Shown in pieces: positions 50,293 to 62,465 of a DNA stretch of 64,000 bases. The translations under genes and the position numbers were made by a program. The stretch comes from Lepidodermella squamata (Eukaryota; Animalia; Gastrotricha), in assembly GCA_047495785.1 (NCBI GenBank), contig JBLDXI010000007.1, positions 3,968,001 to 4,032,000 of the forward strand, given 5' to 3'. The notes under the pieces were generated by a model. That model had not been told where the DNA came from. It ran no database searches and saw nothing but the letters and a program-made list of their open reading frames with translations. Positions within the stretch are counted from its first letter, which is position 1. Every line of letters starts with the position of its first letter.

Positions 50293-50306
50293 TTTACCAT
50301 GGCAAC
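50293..50306. promoter_or_regulatory. RFX X-box-like motif
   Basis: TTTACCATGGCAAC, one mismatch to GTNRCC-N2-RGYAAC, about 260 bp upstream of the pLGIC1 ATG. Confidence 0.5.
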
Positions 50307-51824
50307 TATCCCGATTTCAGCTGCAACTGGTGATTCAACCAGCGCAGTTTTACCTATTATGTACCTACTCGACTATAAAAACTCATTCGGGGTGGGAATA
50401 GGCGATAAATGCAATAAAGTACTAAAACTGCTACTATCTCAGGTAATAAAATAACTGCGAAAATTAAGGGAAAAAAATCGGGATTTTATTAGGTATCAAA
50501 GATATCGGTTTCTTGGTTTACCGATGTGATTTTGGTGATGGGTCTAAATATTTGCATCACTTTCAGCATTAAACTTCTTCGTTTTTGATCGAAACTGATG
50601 CCCTCCCTGAAACTGGATATTTTATTTCATTAGTCTGCAAAGAAAACTAACGGTTCCAAGATGGATTATATCGGAAAAATCACTGATTTGTAAAATCGAT
50701 ACTTTGAATCGATTTCAGCTTCGCAGGCCGAAGTATAGCCGGTGACCCAAATTTAATGCGGCACCCAATTAATTCGGTAACAAATTAGCGTATAAAATAA
50801 CCAGGACATTATTGCGAACTAGTTTTCCAAGTCGTCCTCGTTTTTCTGCTGTAATACCTAAGCGTGGGCGGTATCGAGTATCGAGACAATCTGCGGTTAG
50901 CCTGTAAGGGAAAACAAACAAAAATTGCTACTACAACAACAGCAACATTAGCCCGTAACACAAGTAGGTATACAGCCGGCTCATCAGCGGTCATTAGGCC
51001 GCAACACGGCCCTAATAAAAAAGTCATTAATCACACGCGCGCCCAGATAGTAGTACATACTAGTTCATGGGCCAAAAACTGCTGTTCAGTTGCTGCTGGC
51101 ACCTGTTTCCGGTCATTTCATTTTTGTTTACATACCCGATACTCGGTTTTCTACCTAATAGTAAAACTCGAGGTTTGTTATCACAAGCCGATATCTTTGT
51201 ACACATAGCAATAGGCTACGGCGCTGCTGTTTTACAGCCGTGCCGCTAATTGAAGCTTTTAGCCGCCTTCTCGCCGGTCGATCAGGCCTGCCGAGCCATC
51301 GTTACTTCGATCACGGGAGGTAACGCAGCAGCAGCAGCAGACAAAAAATGGGTACATCATGATGTATGTAAAATTATAACTTGGTGTTTATCAATAATAA
51401 GGTTCCAATCTATACAAGATTTTTTCACTCTCGGCTCTCGGGTGATGTTTTGATTTTTCAGATGAAAAAATATTAATGATAACGGCTAAATGTGCAAAAA
51501 ATGAAACGCAAATTGTAGGTCTGGACAAAAATAATTAACGATAAAAATGTGAAAAATTTTTCAATTATCATGTTTTATTCAAATAAACCGTTCGTAGTGC
51601 AGGTGTATGCCAGCCCGAGGGCACCGAGCATTTAGAAGTGCATTTAGGGTGTGGATAACAATATGGAGAACGGAGAGAGACTAGGTGATTCTATATTTTC
51701 ATAATATTTTTACAGAATTACGCAGTAAAATAGGTCGGATAGATAGGGGTTGTAGCATTTATAGATCATGTATTAAGCAGTAGTAGCGTAGTTTACAGTG
51801 ATAGCGTAGTATCAAGTTGATTGG

Positions 51825-53975
51825 TTAAGTGTTAAGCAGTTTTGTTGGGTATGCATATTTTTTGTAGTCGTTTCGCCATTTATTTGCTAGTTTAAGAAGA
51901 GCAGATAGGTTAATTTCAACCGGACTTGAACACTCGATCAGCGCAATTTGAAGTAGGTTCGCGTGGTTAACAATAGGATTTCTAAAATTCTGTGTAGACG
52001 CCAAGGTCTCATTGCAGTTGAAGATAAGATGAAGAAGTAGATCGTAGGGTTTATGTAATTGCATGTCACAGTATATACATTTAGTTACGCCAATTACGTA
52101 CTGGAAAGGTTTAAACAGTGAATTCGTTCTAATTTTAGCCAGAGCTTGTGAATCGTGAATGTCGAAAATTTCAAAATATTCTGTCCATTTGGAAAAATAG
52201 TTGTTGCTAAATAAATTGTTGTCGCTGTAAGCGGTTTTCAGGTTATCTAACATTTTATTTTTATCTCGTAAAATGAGAAATTTTTTATATTCTTCAATCA
52301 GTTCAGATATTTCACGCTCAGATGCGTCGAAAATATGTTCAAAATTGTCTTTTGTGACTTCAGTCTTTAGGTTTTTGTAAATGTGACGGCACAGGCTGTC
52401 ATTCACTTCAAGAACTTTGTAACTCTCTTGCAATAGCGAGTTTTTCGTACGGAATTTCAGCGAAAAGTAATGTTTTAGGGCTGTTATCATCAATGTTATA
52501 GATGGCGGCTCTATATAGAATTCTCGCGCCACGAGTTCATTCCTGGTGCTAGTAGGTAGATTTAGAACTGTTTTCGCGAATAATATGTTTAACAGCGGCA
52601 TTGATTTTCTAAGTTTGAAGCCCCAGATGCCCGCTCCGAATGTCATATGGCTAATTGAGTATGAATTATACAGCGTTCGATACGTGTTTGAGGGAAAATA
52701 GTTTTTGTACGGCCTAAGCATGTCTGGTAGCTGGGCTATTATTCGTTTAACTTTTGCTGTAGCTGTTTCAGAGCAACGTCTAAAATTGAGATTATGAGTT
52801 AGTATAATGCCTAGATATTTGAACTCAGAAACTTGCTCGATTATCTGACCGTTGATTTTGAACTCAAAATCAGTTGGTTTATGCGTGCTACCACGATGGA
52901 ATTGCATGACCTTGGTTTTCTCGACGTTGATTTTTAACTCGTTTTCTCGTGCAAATTTTTCTATAACATCTAATAGTCTTTGTAGCTCTTCTGGTGATTT
53001 CGCGAGGAGAACAAGGTCGTCTGCGTATAGTAGGCAAATTACTGTTAGTGTGTATAGCGAGAGGCCTGGCGCGGTGGCCAGGAGCTCTGGTAGTAGATCG
53101 TCAATAAAAAGGCAAAAAAGTAGAGGGGACAGCGGGTCGCCCTGTCTCACACCAATATTATTGTGTATTATGTTGTTATTAATGAGCTTATTTTTGTAGC
53201 GTAGTATAAGCGAATTATCACTATACATCTCGTTTATGATTCGTTTAAAGAGCGGGGATGTGCCTCTCTTATCAAGCTTTTTCGCCAATAAAACCCGATT
53301 TAACGTGTCGAAAGCACTCGAAAAATCTATGAATGCAGCGTACGGCCTTTTGTCGATATGTTTAGCTAACACCGTATATAAAACTGTGGTTCCGTCTGTT
53401 CCTGATAACCCTTCTTGAAAGCCAAATTGTGATGCGTCTAGTTTACGTCCATCATTAGCTTGAAGCCATTTTCTCAATCTTTTGTCGAGTAATGAGGAAA
53501 ATAATTTACAGAAAACAGAAAGCAGTGATATTGGGCGGTAATTTTTCGGGTCGAGCTTGTCATTCTTTTTATGGATCGGGACTAAAATTGCGCGCTTCCA
53601 TGCTTTTGGATAAACGCCTGTGTTGTATATTGTCGAGTAAAGTTTAGCGAGAAACGGATATAGCCATGTTTCACATTCTTTCATTTTCAGACACCTGTAG
53701 TCGACCAAGTCTATACCGGGTGAAGAATTTGAATTTGCTGAATTAATGCAATCTTTAATCTCAGTTTCGGTAAATGGAGCGTCTAGAATTTCGTCGCGGT
53801 ACTCAATCGCTATTTTTTGCCTACTTTCTAGTTTCTCGCTGGGCTCTTTGTAAAAGACTTCGTTAAAAAATTCAATTAGATCTTCGCAGGTTGGCATTTC
53901 AACAGTTTCCTCAATTTTCTGGTAGTTTTTTAGCCGATTTCGTAACTCCCAAAAATCAATAGGCGTTTCACTCAC
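51825..53975 (-). CDS. Reverse transcriptase ORF of the LINE (endonuclease missing)
   Basis: NYRPISLL, QFGF, FIDFSSAFD, GVRQGDPLSPLLF, LLYADD, FKYLG and a C-terminal C..C...H....C. Confidence 0.9.
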   Translation of the reverse strand: MSETPIDFWELRNRLKNYQKIEETVEMPTCEDLIEFFNEVFYKEPSEKLESRQKIAIEYRDEILDAPFTETEIKDCINSANSNSSPGIDLVDYRCLKMKECETWLYPFLAKLYSTIYNTGVYPKAWKRAILVPIHKKNDKLDPKNYRPISLLSVFCKLFSSLLDKRLRKWLQANDGRKLDASQFGFQEGLSGTDGTTVLYTVLAKHIDKRPYAAFIDFSSAFDTLNRVLLAKKLDKRGTSPLFKRIINEMYSDNSLILRYKNKLINNNIIHNNIGVRQGDPLSPLLFCLFIDDLLPELLATAPGLSLYTLTVICLLYADDLVLLAKSPEELQRLLDVIEKFARENELKINVEKTKVMQFHRGSTHKPTDFEFKINGQIIEQVSEFKYLGIILTHNLNFRRCSETATAKVKRIIAQLPDMLRPYKNYFPSNTYRTLYNSYSISHMTFGAGIWGFKLRKSMPLLNILFAKTVLNLPTSTRNELVAREFYIEPPSITLMITALKHYFSLKFRTKNSLLQESYKVLEVNDSLCRHIYKNLKTEVTKDNFEHIFDASEREISELIEEYKKFLILRDKNKMLDNLKTAYSDNNLFSNNYFSKWTEYFEIFDIHDSQALAKIRTNSLFKPFQYVIGVTKCIYCDMQLHKPYDLLLHLIFNCNETLASTQNFRNPIVNHANLLQIALIECSSPVEINLSALLKLANKWRNDYKKYAYPTKLLNT

Positions 53976-54012
53976 TGTTTGAAGAAAGGCGTCGGTTTTT
54001 TCCCAGGCGAGT

Positions 54013-54477
54013 TTATCTTTTGCATCTTTTTTCTTCTTTGTTCGGACCGCATTTCGCCGGGAATCTCCCCATCCGCTTCACGTACGGATTCGTTTCCTTC
54101 AATTCCGGAACTGCCTCGCACAGCTTAGCGTGGAGATCGTCGAGACTTTCTCTCTCCTCGTCGGGTAAGTCGCGGATGAGAACAGTCGCCGCGTACTCCT
54201 CCTCCTGCTGCCTCGCGTTGCCGATTGTTATCGCTTCGAGCCGACTGAAACCAACGTTCTGGGCACCACCTAACTTGTTTGAGAGTGACCGGAGTGATTG
54301 GCACTCGGCGGTCAGTTGCTCGACCTTTTTCGTCATTTCGGTGAGCTTGTCGCCGTAGACCGAGTTGACAGCGATAATGATGTCGCGATAGTTGTGGTCG
54401 TTGCGGATTCTGTCGATCTCAGCTTGGGTTGTTCTTATGGTAAATTCGACTATCTGTTCGCCATTTTCGCCGTCCAT
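54013..54477 (-). pseudogene. Truncated LINE ORF1 (coiled coil + partial RRM)
   Basis: Coiled coil, then VLIRDLPD...VKRMG, ending abruptly at the deletion junction. Confidence 0.75.
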
Positions 54478-55406
54478 TTCGGTTTACAAGGCGGAAGCGA
54501 CCCCAAATTAGTTGATAGGAGTAGGGTGGCAGTGGCGCGTGCCACGTATTAACGCTATGTTTAGTTCGATGAAAAAATAGTAGCTACCCTCAAGTGAAAC
54601 AGTTTCCTGTTCTAGCCTATGTATTAGATAGAGCTAGTTAGGTTTAATAAGTTGAAATAAATAGCACAAAAAATCGATGTTGCTTTTAGAATCAAAATCG
54701 ACGTATGTGAAAAATTAAAAAAAAAAATGCAGATAAAACCAAAACATGTCTCACCTCTAGAAAACACTAAGCAGGGGTTCGAAAATATTATTGAAGGACA
54801 TTTTTCCATTTTTTATAAGATCGAAACGGCTCGTTTTCCGGATATGTGCTGCGGTTGCTTTTTCCTAGCAACGAGCCGGAAGCGTTTTTTTGAGAGATCA
54901 ATTTCAAATAAGTTTTGGTATCCTTCGCGCTCCGCTGAAAATGTGAGATCGTGGATGATCGTTCAAAAATGACCCGAAAATTACTGAAAAGACCGAAAAG
55001 ACCGGAGCAGTTACCATTGTGATTTCGTGGATTACCGGGAATAAATAAATAAAAATGGCCACAAAAAATCAGATAAATAGCAGTGGCTAAAAGTCTCATT
55101 TTTCGGGTTTTTTTCGGTTTTTTCGGTATTTTGGGTATTTTCCCTTTTTAATTCATTCCGTTTTCGGTATTTGAGCTAATCAGTAAATATTTGTGCGTAT
55201 ATTTTCTCAGCCAATTAAGCCATTTGGGGCAGCATCATTGTCAATCCTTTAAAAGCTGCTCCTCTGTTTCATTTTTTAATGTCCGCGTTGAAGAAAGGCC
55301 GAGCGGCGTGACTCAGCACGTGCGCTGTGGAGCGTGAAAAAGCGTAAAAAAGCGCCCGATCATTACGCTTAGCTCATTAGCCGCCGTCGCGATTCGTCTA
55401 CCAGCT

Positions 55407-55418
55407 GTTGCCGGCAAC
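55407..55418. promoter_or_regulatory. RFX X-box-like palindrome
   Basis: GTTGCCGGCAAC matches GTNRCC-N0-RGYAAC, about 360 bp upstream of the pLGIC2 ATG. Confidence 0.45.
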
Positions 55419-55779
55419 GCGTGCCACCTGCACCCGCGCTTGCCATGATATATTGCCTATATTATACTCAGCACATACCGAACAGCAGCAGAGCAGCATC
55501 ACCCTCGAAAAATGCGATCAACTCGCGAATTCGAGCAGACAAAAATTGCTATGCAAGCGTGACACAGCGAATTACGAAACAAAAGTTGTGTACGACTTGC
55601 CTTTCTTCTACGTTGACCTCGCGCGGACGCATTAATCACGCGCGCGTCAATAGCCGCTTTATGTCGCGTGTCACGCGCGAGTGCACACACCAAGAAATAA
55701 AAAATCGATTCTAGCCGGTGCCAATTTTCGCACTATTTTTTTTAATATTAATTTAGTTTTATTTAGGAGGATTAAAAAA

Positions 55780-58063
55780 ATGATATCACTTTTGGGCGGC
55801 CTCGTTGCCTCGTTAATTTACGCCACTTCAGTTGTCAGCGCCAGCAACTACGACTACGTCTACAGCGTGCCGTCAGGTTAGTTGATTTAACGCGGGAAAA
55901 ATTGCGCTTGTTATAGCGATATCTCCAGACAATCGGCGCTCTCATTACAGCCAAGTGAGTCAGCGAACTCAATTTCAGACCTAACTGAGCACTTTTTAGA
56001 GTGGCCTCATTACACCCACAATTTGTCTCAGCACTTTTTAATAGCTACTTTTTTCAATGAATTCCCTTGCTCATATACTTAGCTTCGATCCAAAATTCTA
56101 GAAAACATAATATCTTAGATCTCTGGATGATTTTGTAAAATAGATGGATTTTTGTCGAATTTAATCACCTTAATTACAACTAAAAGAGTCTGCGAACTCA
56201 TATTTTCCCAAATTTGGGAGTCTGGATGACTCAAATTTCACGTTATTCACACCTTTTAGTATGGCTACACTTCACGCACTAAAACATTATGCTGAGAATT
56301 CCGGTTAAATCTTTTATTTTTCATTGTTAGATGCCCATCGGCTGAATAAGGATCTGGAGGAGCGGTATGATAAGGCCATTATGCCTGCACGGCCTGTCTA
56401 CGTAAAGCTTGACGTCCTGCTGCTCAAAGTCAAGTCAACCGTGGAAAAGGAGGGCATTTTCGAATCAGTCATCGCCCTTTTCATCGAATGGCACGACTCC
56501 CGCATGACTTGGCGCCCGGCTGATTATGCCAACGTTTCAGTCTTAGCTTTCGGTACGCTCTCAAAACTTATGACAATTTCCAGGTCAAATTCATCTTGTG
56601 TCATAGATTCTGATAAGGTTTGGCTGCCAGACATTGCAGTAAGAGATTCAGCATTCATCATTCATCCTGTTAAAGTCAAACTCATTTCAGATGACCAATT
56701 CAGCCGAGCATCCGTATGGCATATCTCGTGATACTCGTTTTGTAGTTCGGGTAACGTCCGATGGCGTTTTCAAGTTCGTCCCCACTGGAACGGCGAAAAC
56801 TTGGTGCGGTATGTTCGTAATCCTTTATGGAGCTTAGTCCTATAAAAGCTGTGATTTTAGAGCTCAATTTGATAACCTTTCCTTTCGACATTCAAACTGT
56901 GAGTTCCAAGGTGGAGTGAATTTCGTTACGCTTCATTGAACTTTGATTAGTGCTCATTGGAGTTCGAATCCTGGTCTATGGACTCTACGATGATGGCATT
57001 CAACGACTCGGCGCAGATAATCGTGGACCACAACTTCCTAAGCAGCCAATGGACGCTGTGCAATAGCCACTCAAGTGTATCGAACGTTTTCTACGAATTC
57101 TCGGGCGAAACCTTCTCCAGAGTTAGATTCGACTTCACCGTGAGGCGAAAGTCAACCTTTTATATCGGTGAGATTTTTAACCATCAAGTTATTATTCCTA
57201 ATCATCTTTTCATGCTTCAGTTAACCTAGGTAAGTAACTGAACTTTAGAGTGTGGGACGAATCTTATTTTGAGGAATTTAGTTTTTCCATGTGCTACCCT
57301 CTCTGCAATTCAACTGCTTGTCTACTCGATCCCTTCAATCGACTGCTCATCAGACCGCATCGGCTTCGGAACAACCAATCTACTCACCCTGGTCGTTTTC
57401 CAGACCATTGTAACCAACGAAATGCCGAAAACAAGCGATGCCGTTACTGCGTTGTCGAAATACATCATTGCTCTGATTATCCTGTCATCGATCGGCATTC
57501 TCGAATCGGTTGTAGTCGAGCGAATGAGGCGGACATGCCACGCTCCACCGCCTCGTTGGATGACTAGAGTCGCGAATTTAGTGCCGTTTCCAGGCTGGGC
57601 TCAACGGATTGACTATCCGACCATTTTACTAGCCTCAGGGTTGGAAATGGTGCCGCAAGCTGGGGATTTCCTCTCGCCGAGGCGGAACAACATAATGGTA
57701 GAAAGTGAGGTAGATGTGTCACCCTGGACGCATTCGAATAACCATCACGGTGCTGAACAAGTGCCTCCGCCAACTTTGAGCCGAAATACATCGCTTAATG
57801 CATCTCAAAGGCGAAGATTAGCTGGTTCGAGGCGAGTGTCTCGTTTCACAGCGGCTCGGGAGCAACGGGCGAGGCTTGATGTAGTCGAGTCGCAGTACGT
57901 TGAGCTTTGGTCGCAAATCGCGAGCCGTCTTGATCTCGTAACAGGAGTTGCATGCTCCTTAGCTGTTGTTGTTGTGCCTTTAGCTTTGTTCCTTCCGTTA
58001 CTTGACTTCGGTGATTCTTGCCAGCCGATGCTTGATTCAAGCACTGCTGGGAAAGTTTTGTGA
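55780..58063 (+). CDS. Cys-loop ligand-gated ion channel subunit 2 (non-alpha), multi-exon with a 9-nt microexon
   Basis: Signal peptide MISLLGGLVASL, VWLPDIA, CELNLITFPFDIQTC across exons, RRKSTFY, M2 SDRIGFGTTNLL, and M4. Confidence 0.88.
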
Positions 58064-58204
58064 TTCGACGGCTTTTCTGCTTTTTTGTTACTTATTTTCA
58101 GCTATTTTTCGAAGCTCAAATTAAAATCTAAGTGCTACTTCAAATGGTGTGTTTAGGATGCATTTAGGTGTGTTAATTCTGAGTTTTGTTGAAGTATTAC
58201 GGAT

Positions 58205-61200
58205 ATGAGGCGAGATCTAGTGGTGGCGATACTGTTGACGGGATTCCTTTCGATGTGTTTGGCGTTTGGGGATGATGACGATGATGCAGAGCAACGACCT
58301 GTCGAAAGAAGTCGGGCCAAAGCAGCAGCGAATAAAGGTGAGTTCTGTTTTCCTTAGTTTGTTTCTCAGTGGTTTCGTCTGTGTGTATTATTTCTGGGGT
58401 TTCGAAATGTTGAGATTTGAGATCTCCCTTCTTTGCGATTTCACTGAAGGGAAATACAGTTTGACGAGAGGGAGCCCAAATCCCCCAAAAATCCATCTTT
58501 CGGTTTTCAGATTTTCCATGCGTAATTTGTAAGGCCCAAGGTGATAAGTCACGAATCACGAGATAGCACTAAGTGCCATATTGATTCGCAAGCTAATTAT
58601 TTCTAGATATATATCAAGTTGAACGGCGACGCGCAAAGGGTAAGGCTGCTACATAGATGTGTTGTGTTCGTTGAAACTTTGTCTTTTGTCTTTTTTGGTT
58701 TTTGCATGCGTTGACTGCGTTTGTTTTGCATGGAAGAATTCAATGCTCTTCAGCGGTTTCGCCGGAAAACGGTAGCATCATCTGTAAGTCATCAGGCTGG
58801 CTCTCGGCACCAGAGCCCCTCGAGAACGAGGGCCCCTCCGAAGGCGAACTCTGGGCAGAATCAAATGACTACAACAGAATCGCCCAGAGGCGGTGGGTCA
58901 AAACTCGCAGTTTCCAACATGCGCCCGTCAGGCGCGCCAAAAGAGAACCAATCTATCGATAAACTTCGCAAAAGCCACAAAAGTGTGTCAGTAGTCTGTA
59001 GACTCAGCATATCCATCCTTCGAGCACACCCCTTTAATATAGCCTTATTGAATCATCATTTTACTACATTTGCGTTGTTTTATGCAGGCATGTACCAGCT
59101 GATGAAGTTTATTTTCGCGAATTACGACAAGGAGCTTATGCCTACGCGGCCTGTTCTCGTAAAACTTGACGTGCTTCTGCTCAAAGTGAAGTCGACAGTT
59201 GAGAAGGAGGGCATTTTCGAGTCTGTAATTGCTCTCTTCATCGAATGGCACGACTACCGCATGATTTGGAACCCGGCCGATTTCGACAACGTCACTGTTC
59301 TCGCTTTCGGTAAGGTTTTGAAAAAAAAACCTTCGAAATTGATCCTTCATGCTCGAAACTATGACAGATTCCGACAAAGTCTGGTTACCAGATATAGCGG
59401 TGAGAATTTGAGTTACTGAAAACTGGCTTTCAGGATTTTGATCTTTGTTCTATAGATGACGAACTCAGCTGACCATCTTTACGGCATCTCAAGAGACACT
59501 CGTTTCGTGGTTCGAGTTACGAACGACGGCCTCTTCAAATTCGTACCTACAGGTAAGATCTATCCTTATCCATTATCAGTAATGTGAGCCAATTCTCTTT
59601 CTTCAGGGACTGCCAAGACCTGGTGTGGTAAGTCGTTTTATCCTTCAATGTAAAAATGTTTTTTTTTGTTTTTACCAGAGCTGAATCTTCTCACTTTTCC
59701 ATTCGATATTCAAACTGTTAGTATTAAGTTCGGAAATTGGGCAGATTTATTCTAATATTGACTTTACTAAGTGCTCCCTTGAATTCGAATCCTGGTCCCT
59801 CGACTCCTCAACTATGGCCTTCCGAGATCAAGCAACTATCATGGTGGACCAGCATTTTCTCAGCACTCAATGGACTCTATGCAACGTTAGTGAACTTTTA
59901 CCTAAATATGCTCATTTTATTAGAAATTTTGTAGAAAAATGCGACAGTCTACAGCGTCCTGTACGAATTTTCTGGGGAGACTTTTTCCAGGGTTCGGTTT
60001 GATTTCACAGTTCGCCGGAAGTCAACTTTCTACATAAGTGAGCCTAACTTTGAGTTTCCCATTCCTCTAACCTTACAATTACTCCTCTTGCAGTAAATTT
60101 AGGTAGGATTTACTTGAACTGCTGGACTGGTTGGTTTTGATCACAAAAAAATCTAGTTTTCCCCTGTGCCACACTTTCGGCTATTCAGCTGCTCGTATTC
60201 GCGATTCCGAGCATGGACTGTTCTTCAGATCGCATCGGCTTTGGCACTACAAACTTGCTCACCCTTGTCGTTTTTCAAACTATTGTCACAGAGGAAATGC
60301 CTAAAACTAGCGACGCGGTTACCGCGCTATCAAAATACATAATCGCCTTAATCATTCTGTCAGCTGTGGGCATTTTCGAATCCGTTGTAGTCGAGCGTAT
60401 GCGGAGATTCAGTGCTGGAGCTCCACCGGGTTGGCTGATTCGGTTTACACGGCATATTCCTCTGGTTTGGCGGAGTGAATCAACGATCGACTACCCCAGC
60501 ATATTTCTGGCTGCGGCTCATAGTGTGAATGATCAGCTGGACGAAGACTCCGAAAGGGCTCCGCTAGCATCAAGCTCAGGCGGGAGTCAAATGATGGTGA
60601 ATCCGGCTTTTGTTCAAACCAACTCGATTGCGAATGAAACGTCAACTCAAGCTGATTTCAAGTTGCTCCCTTTGAATAACAATCAATCGACGAGTGTCGA
60701 ATCGACAGCGTTCGGGGCGGAGTATGACACCCCTTTTGTCGATATGTCTGCAAGTTCTTCTTTGAACACTATCGCCAACCCTTCTCATACCTTGTCAAAA
60801 TCAGTGAATGCAGAAAGTGTAAATAGCAAACGTAAGGTGAACCCTGCTCGAGTTTCACTCTATACCTTATCATTTCGAAACTCAGATTCTGAACCTATGC
60901 CTAAAGCAAGTAATACACGGGTCCCAAACAACAGTCGAACTTCTGCGATTAGGCAGCGAAAAACTTCGAGATTTACGGCGGCGAAGGAGCATAAAGCTAG
61001 GAGAGAATTCATCCAGGCTCAGTATGCCGAGTTGTGGGGTGAAATTGCTACTCGTCTCGATGTGTTCACCCTAATCGTCTGCACGATGTCAGCTGTAAGT
61101 TCGAAACATATGTTGTAGCATTATTCAAGAGTTGTTCATTTTGATCAAGGTGGCAGTCCCAGTGAGCTTATTCCTGCCTCTTCTCTACTTCGGTGAGGGC

Positions 61201-61242
61201 TGCGAGAGCCAAGACAAACCTCACGCAGCTGGCGTGGCATGA
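58205..61242 (+). CDS. Cys-loop ligand-gated ion channel subunit 3 (tandem paralog of subunit 2), multi-exon with 21-nt and 9-nt microexons
   Basis: Signal peptide MRRDLVVAILLTGFLSMCLA and a core nearly identical to subunit 2 (VKLDVLLLKVKSTVEKEGIFESVIALFIEWHD). The last exon is 61150-61242. Confidence 0.87.
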
Positions 61243-61723
61243 TGACTTTAATGGAAGATTCTTTTTTCTTTATATTTTGGGGTTTCTGATAACGCGTATT
61301 TCACTATTGAGATTTGGATTTTGAGTATTAGAAGCAGGGTAGTGATACAAGTACTGCAAATCATACAGTTTCAAATTGTAATAAATAATCTAAAACGATT
61401 TCCTCTCTGTCTATGGGACTTGACTTGCACTTGATTGCAGACAAGGGTAACAATGACATTCAAGGCTATGAATTGCTGGGATCACGAACTTCATCTTTAT
61501 AAAAATTGTGGTCGTGCTCACCGCGTTACTCACGCTCGTGTAATAATCTGCCGCGTTAAGCCGATTAGCTATTCAGAAAAAATCCAAGTGTTGCATGGAT
61601 CACATGGAAATGGAACCATTTGCTGTTCAAGAAAATTCATGTATTAAATGCCGCTCCGTAGCTGAAGTCTCAGCAAAAAATTTCACTTATCTCCGCAATC
61701 AGCAACGAGGCTTTGAATATCAG

Positions 61724-62465
61724 ATGAGAATAAGAATCCCGCAGTTCCTGAATCAAGGTTTGAAATTTTCGATCGACTTAGATTCTTCAATGTGCACTTC
61801 GTTTTACAGGTAGCCTCATTGCCATTTGTCTTATTGCGTGGAGCTTCGCCCAGAACAATGGTAATCGTGGAAACGGCGGAAACTCTGGCAACAACGGGAA
61901 TAATGGCAATAATGGAAATAATGGCAACAACGGCAATAACGGAAATAAAGATAACAGTAAGGAAAAAACTACTACGAGATCAACGACGACGACAACCACT
62001 ACTACTACAACTACGACGACCACGACCACAAGGCCCACAACAACCACTACTACCCCTCCCCCAGCTCCACCACCTGTTATTACGCAGATAATCTACATCA
62101 CGCAGACAGCAGCGCCCCCTCAGATCATCTACGTTCCAGTCCCAGCCGGGCCGCCTCAAATCATTTACGTTACGCAAACTGCCGCTCCTCCCGTTATACA
62201 GGTCGTAACAGCTCCAGGAATACCTCCCCCGCAACCTCCGCCCCCTCCTCCACCTCCACCTCCAACAACTCGCATGGCTACGACTACGAAGTACAAAGTG
62301 AGTGGTGGTTACTACTCGGATGGCTCGGTGGATGAAGGCTATTCAGACGTTTGGTGGATCATTGTTGTAGTCATCATCGTGTTGGGAATAATTGTAGCTG
62401 CTGTGCTTATTCCATACTTCTGTTCGCCAAGCTGTGCAGGATATGCTCAGTGTCAAAGAGCCTAG
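61724..62465 (+). CDS. Small mucin-like type I membrane protein (GNN repeats, poly-Thr, PPQIIYV repeats, poly-Pro, TM, Cys-rich tail); intron 61758-61809
   Basis: Spliced signal peptide MRIRIPQFLNQG|SLIAICLIAWSFA, an open frame to TAG 62465, and TM WWIIVVVIIVLGIIVAAVLIPYF. Confidence 0.75.

Larger units (their letters stand above)
51559..54704 (-). mobile_element. Internally deleted LINE (RTEX/L2-like RT) with 12-bp TSD
   Basis: TSD ATGTGAAAAATT at 51547-51558 and 54705-54716, with AATAAA near the 3' end. A truncated ORF1 (54013-54477) directly abuts the RT ORF, with no APE domain. Confidence 0.88.
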
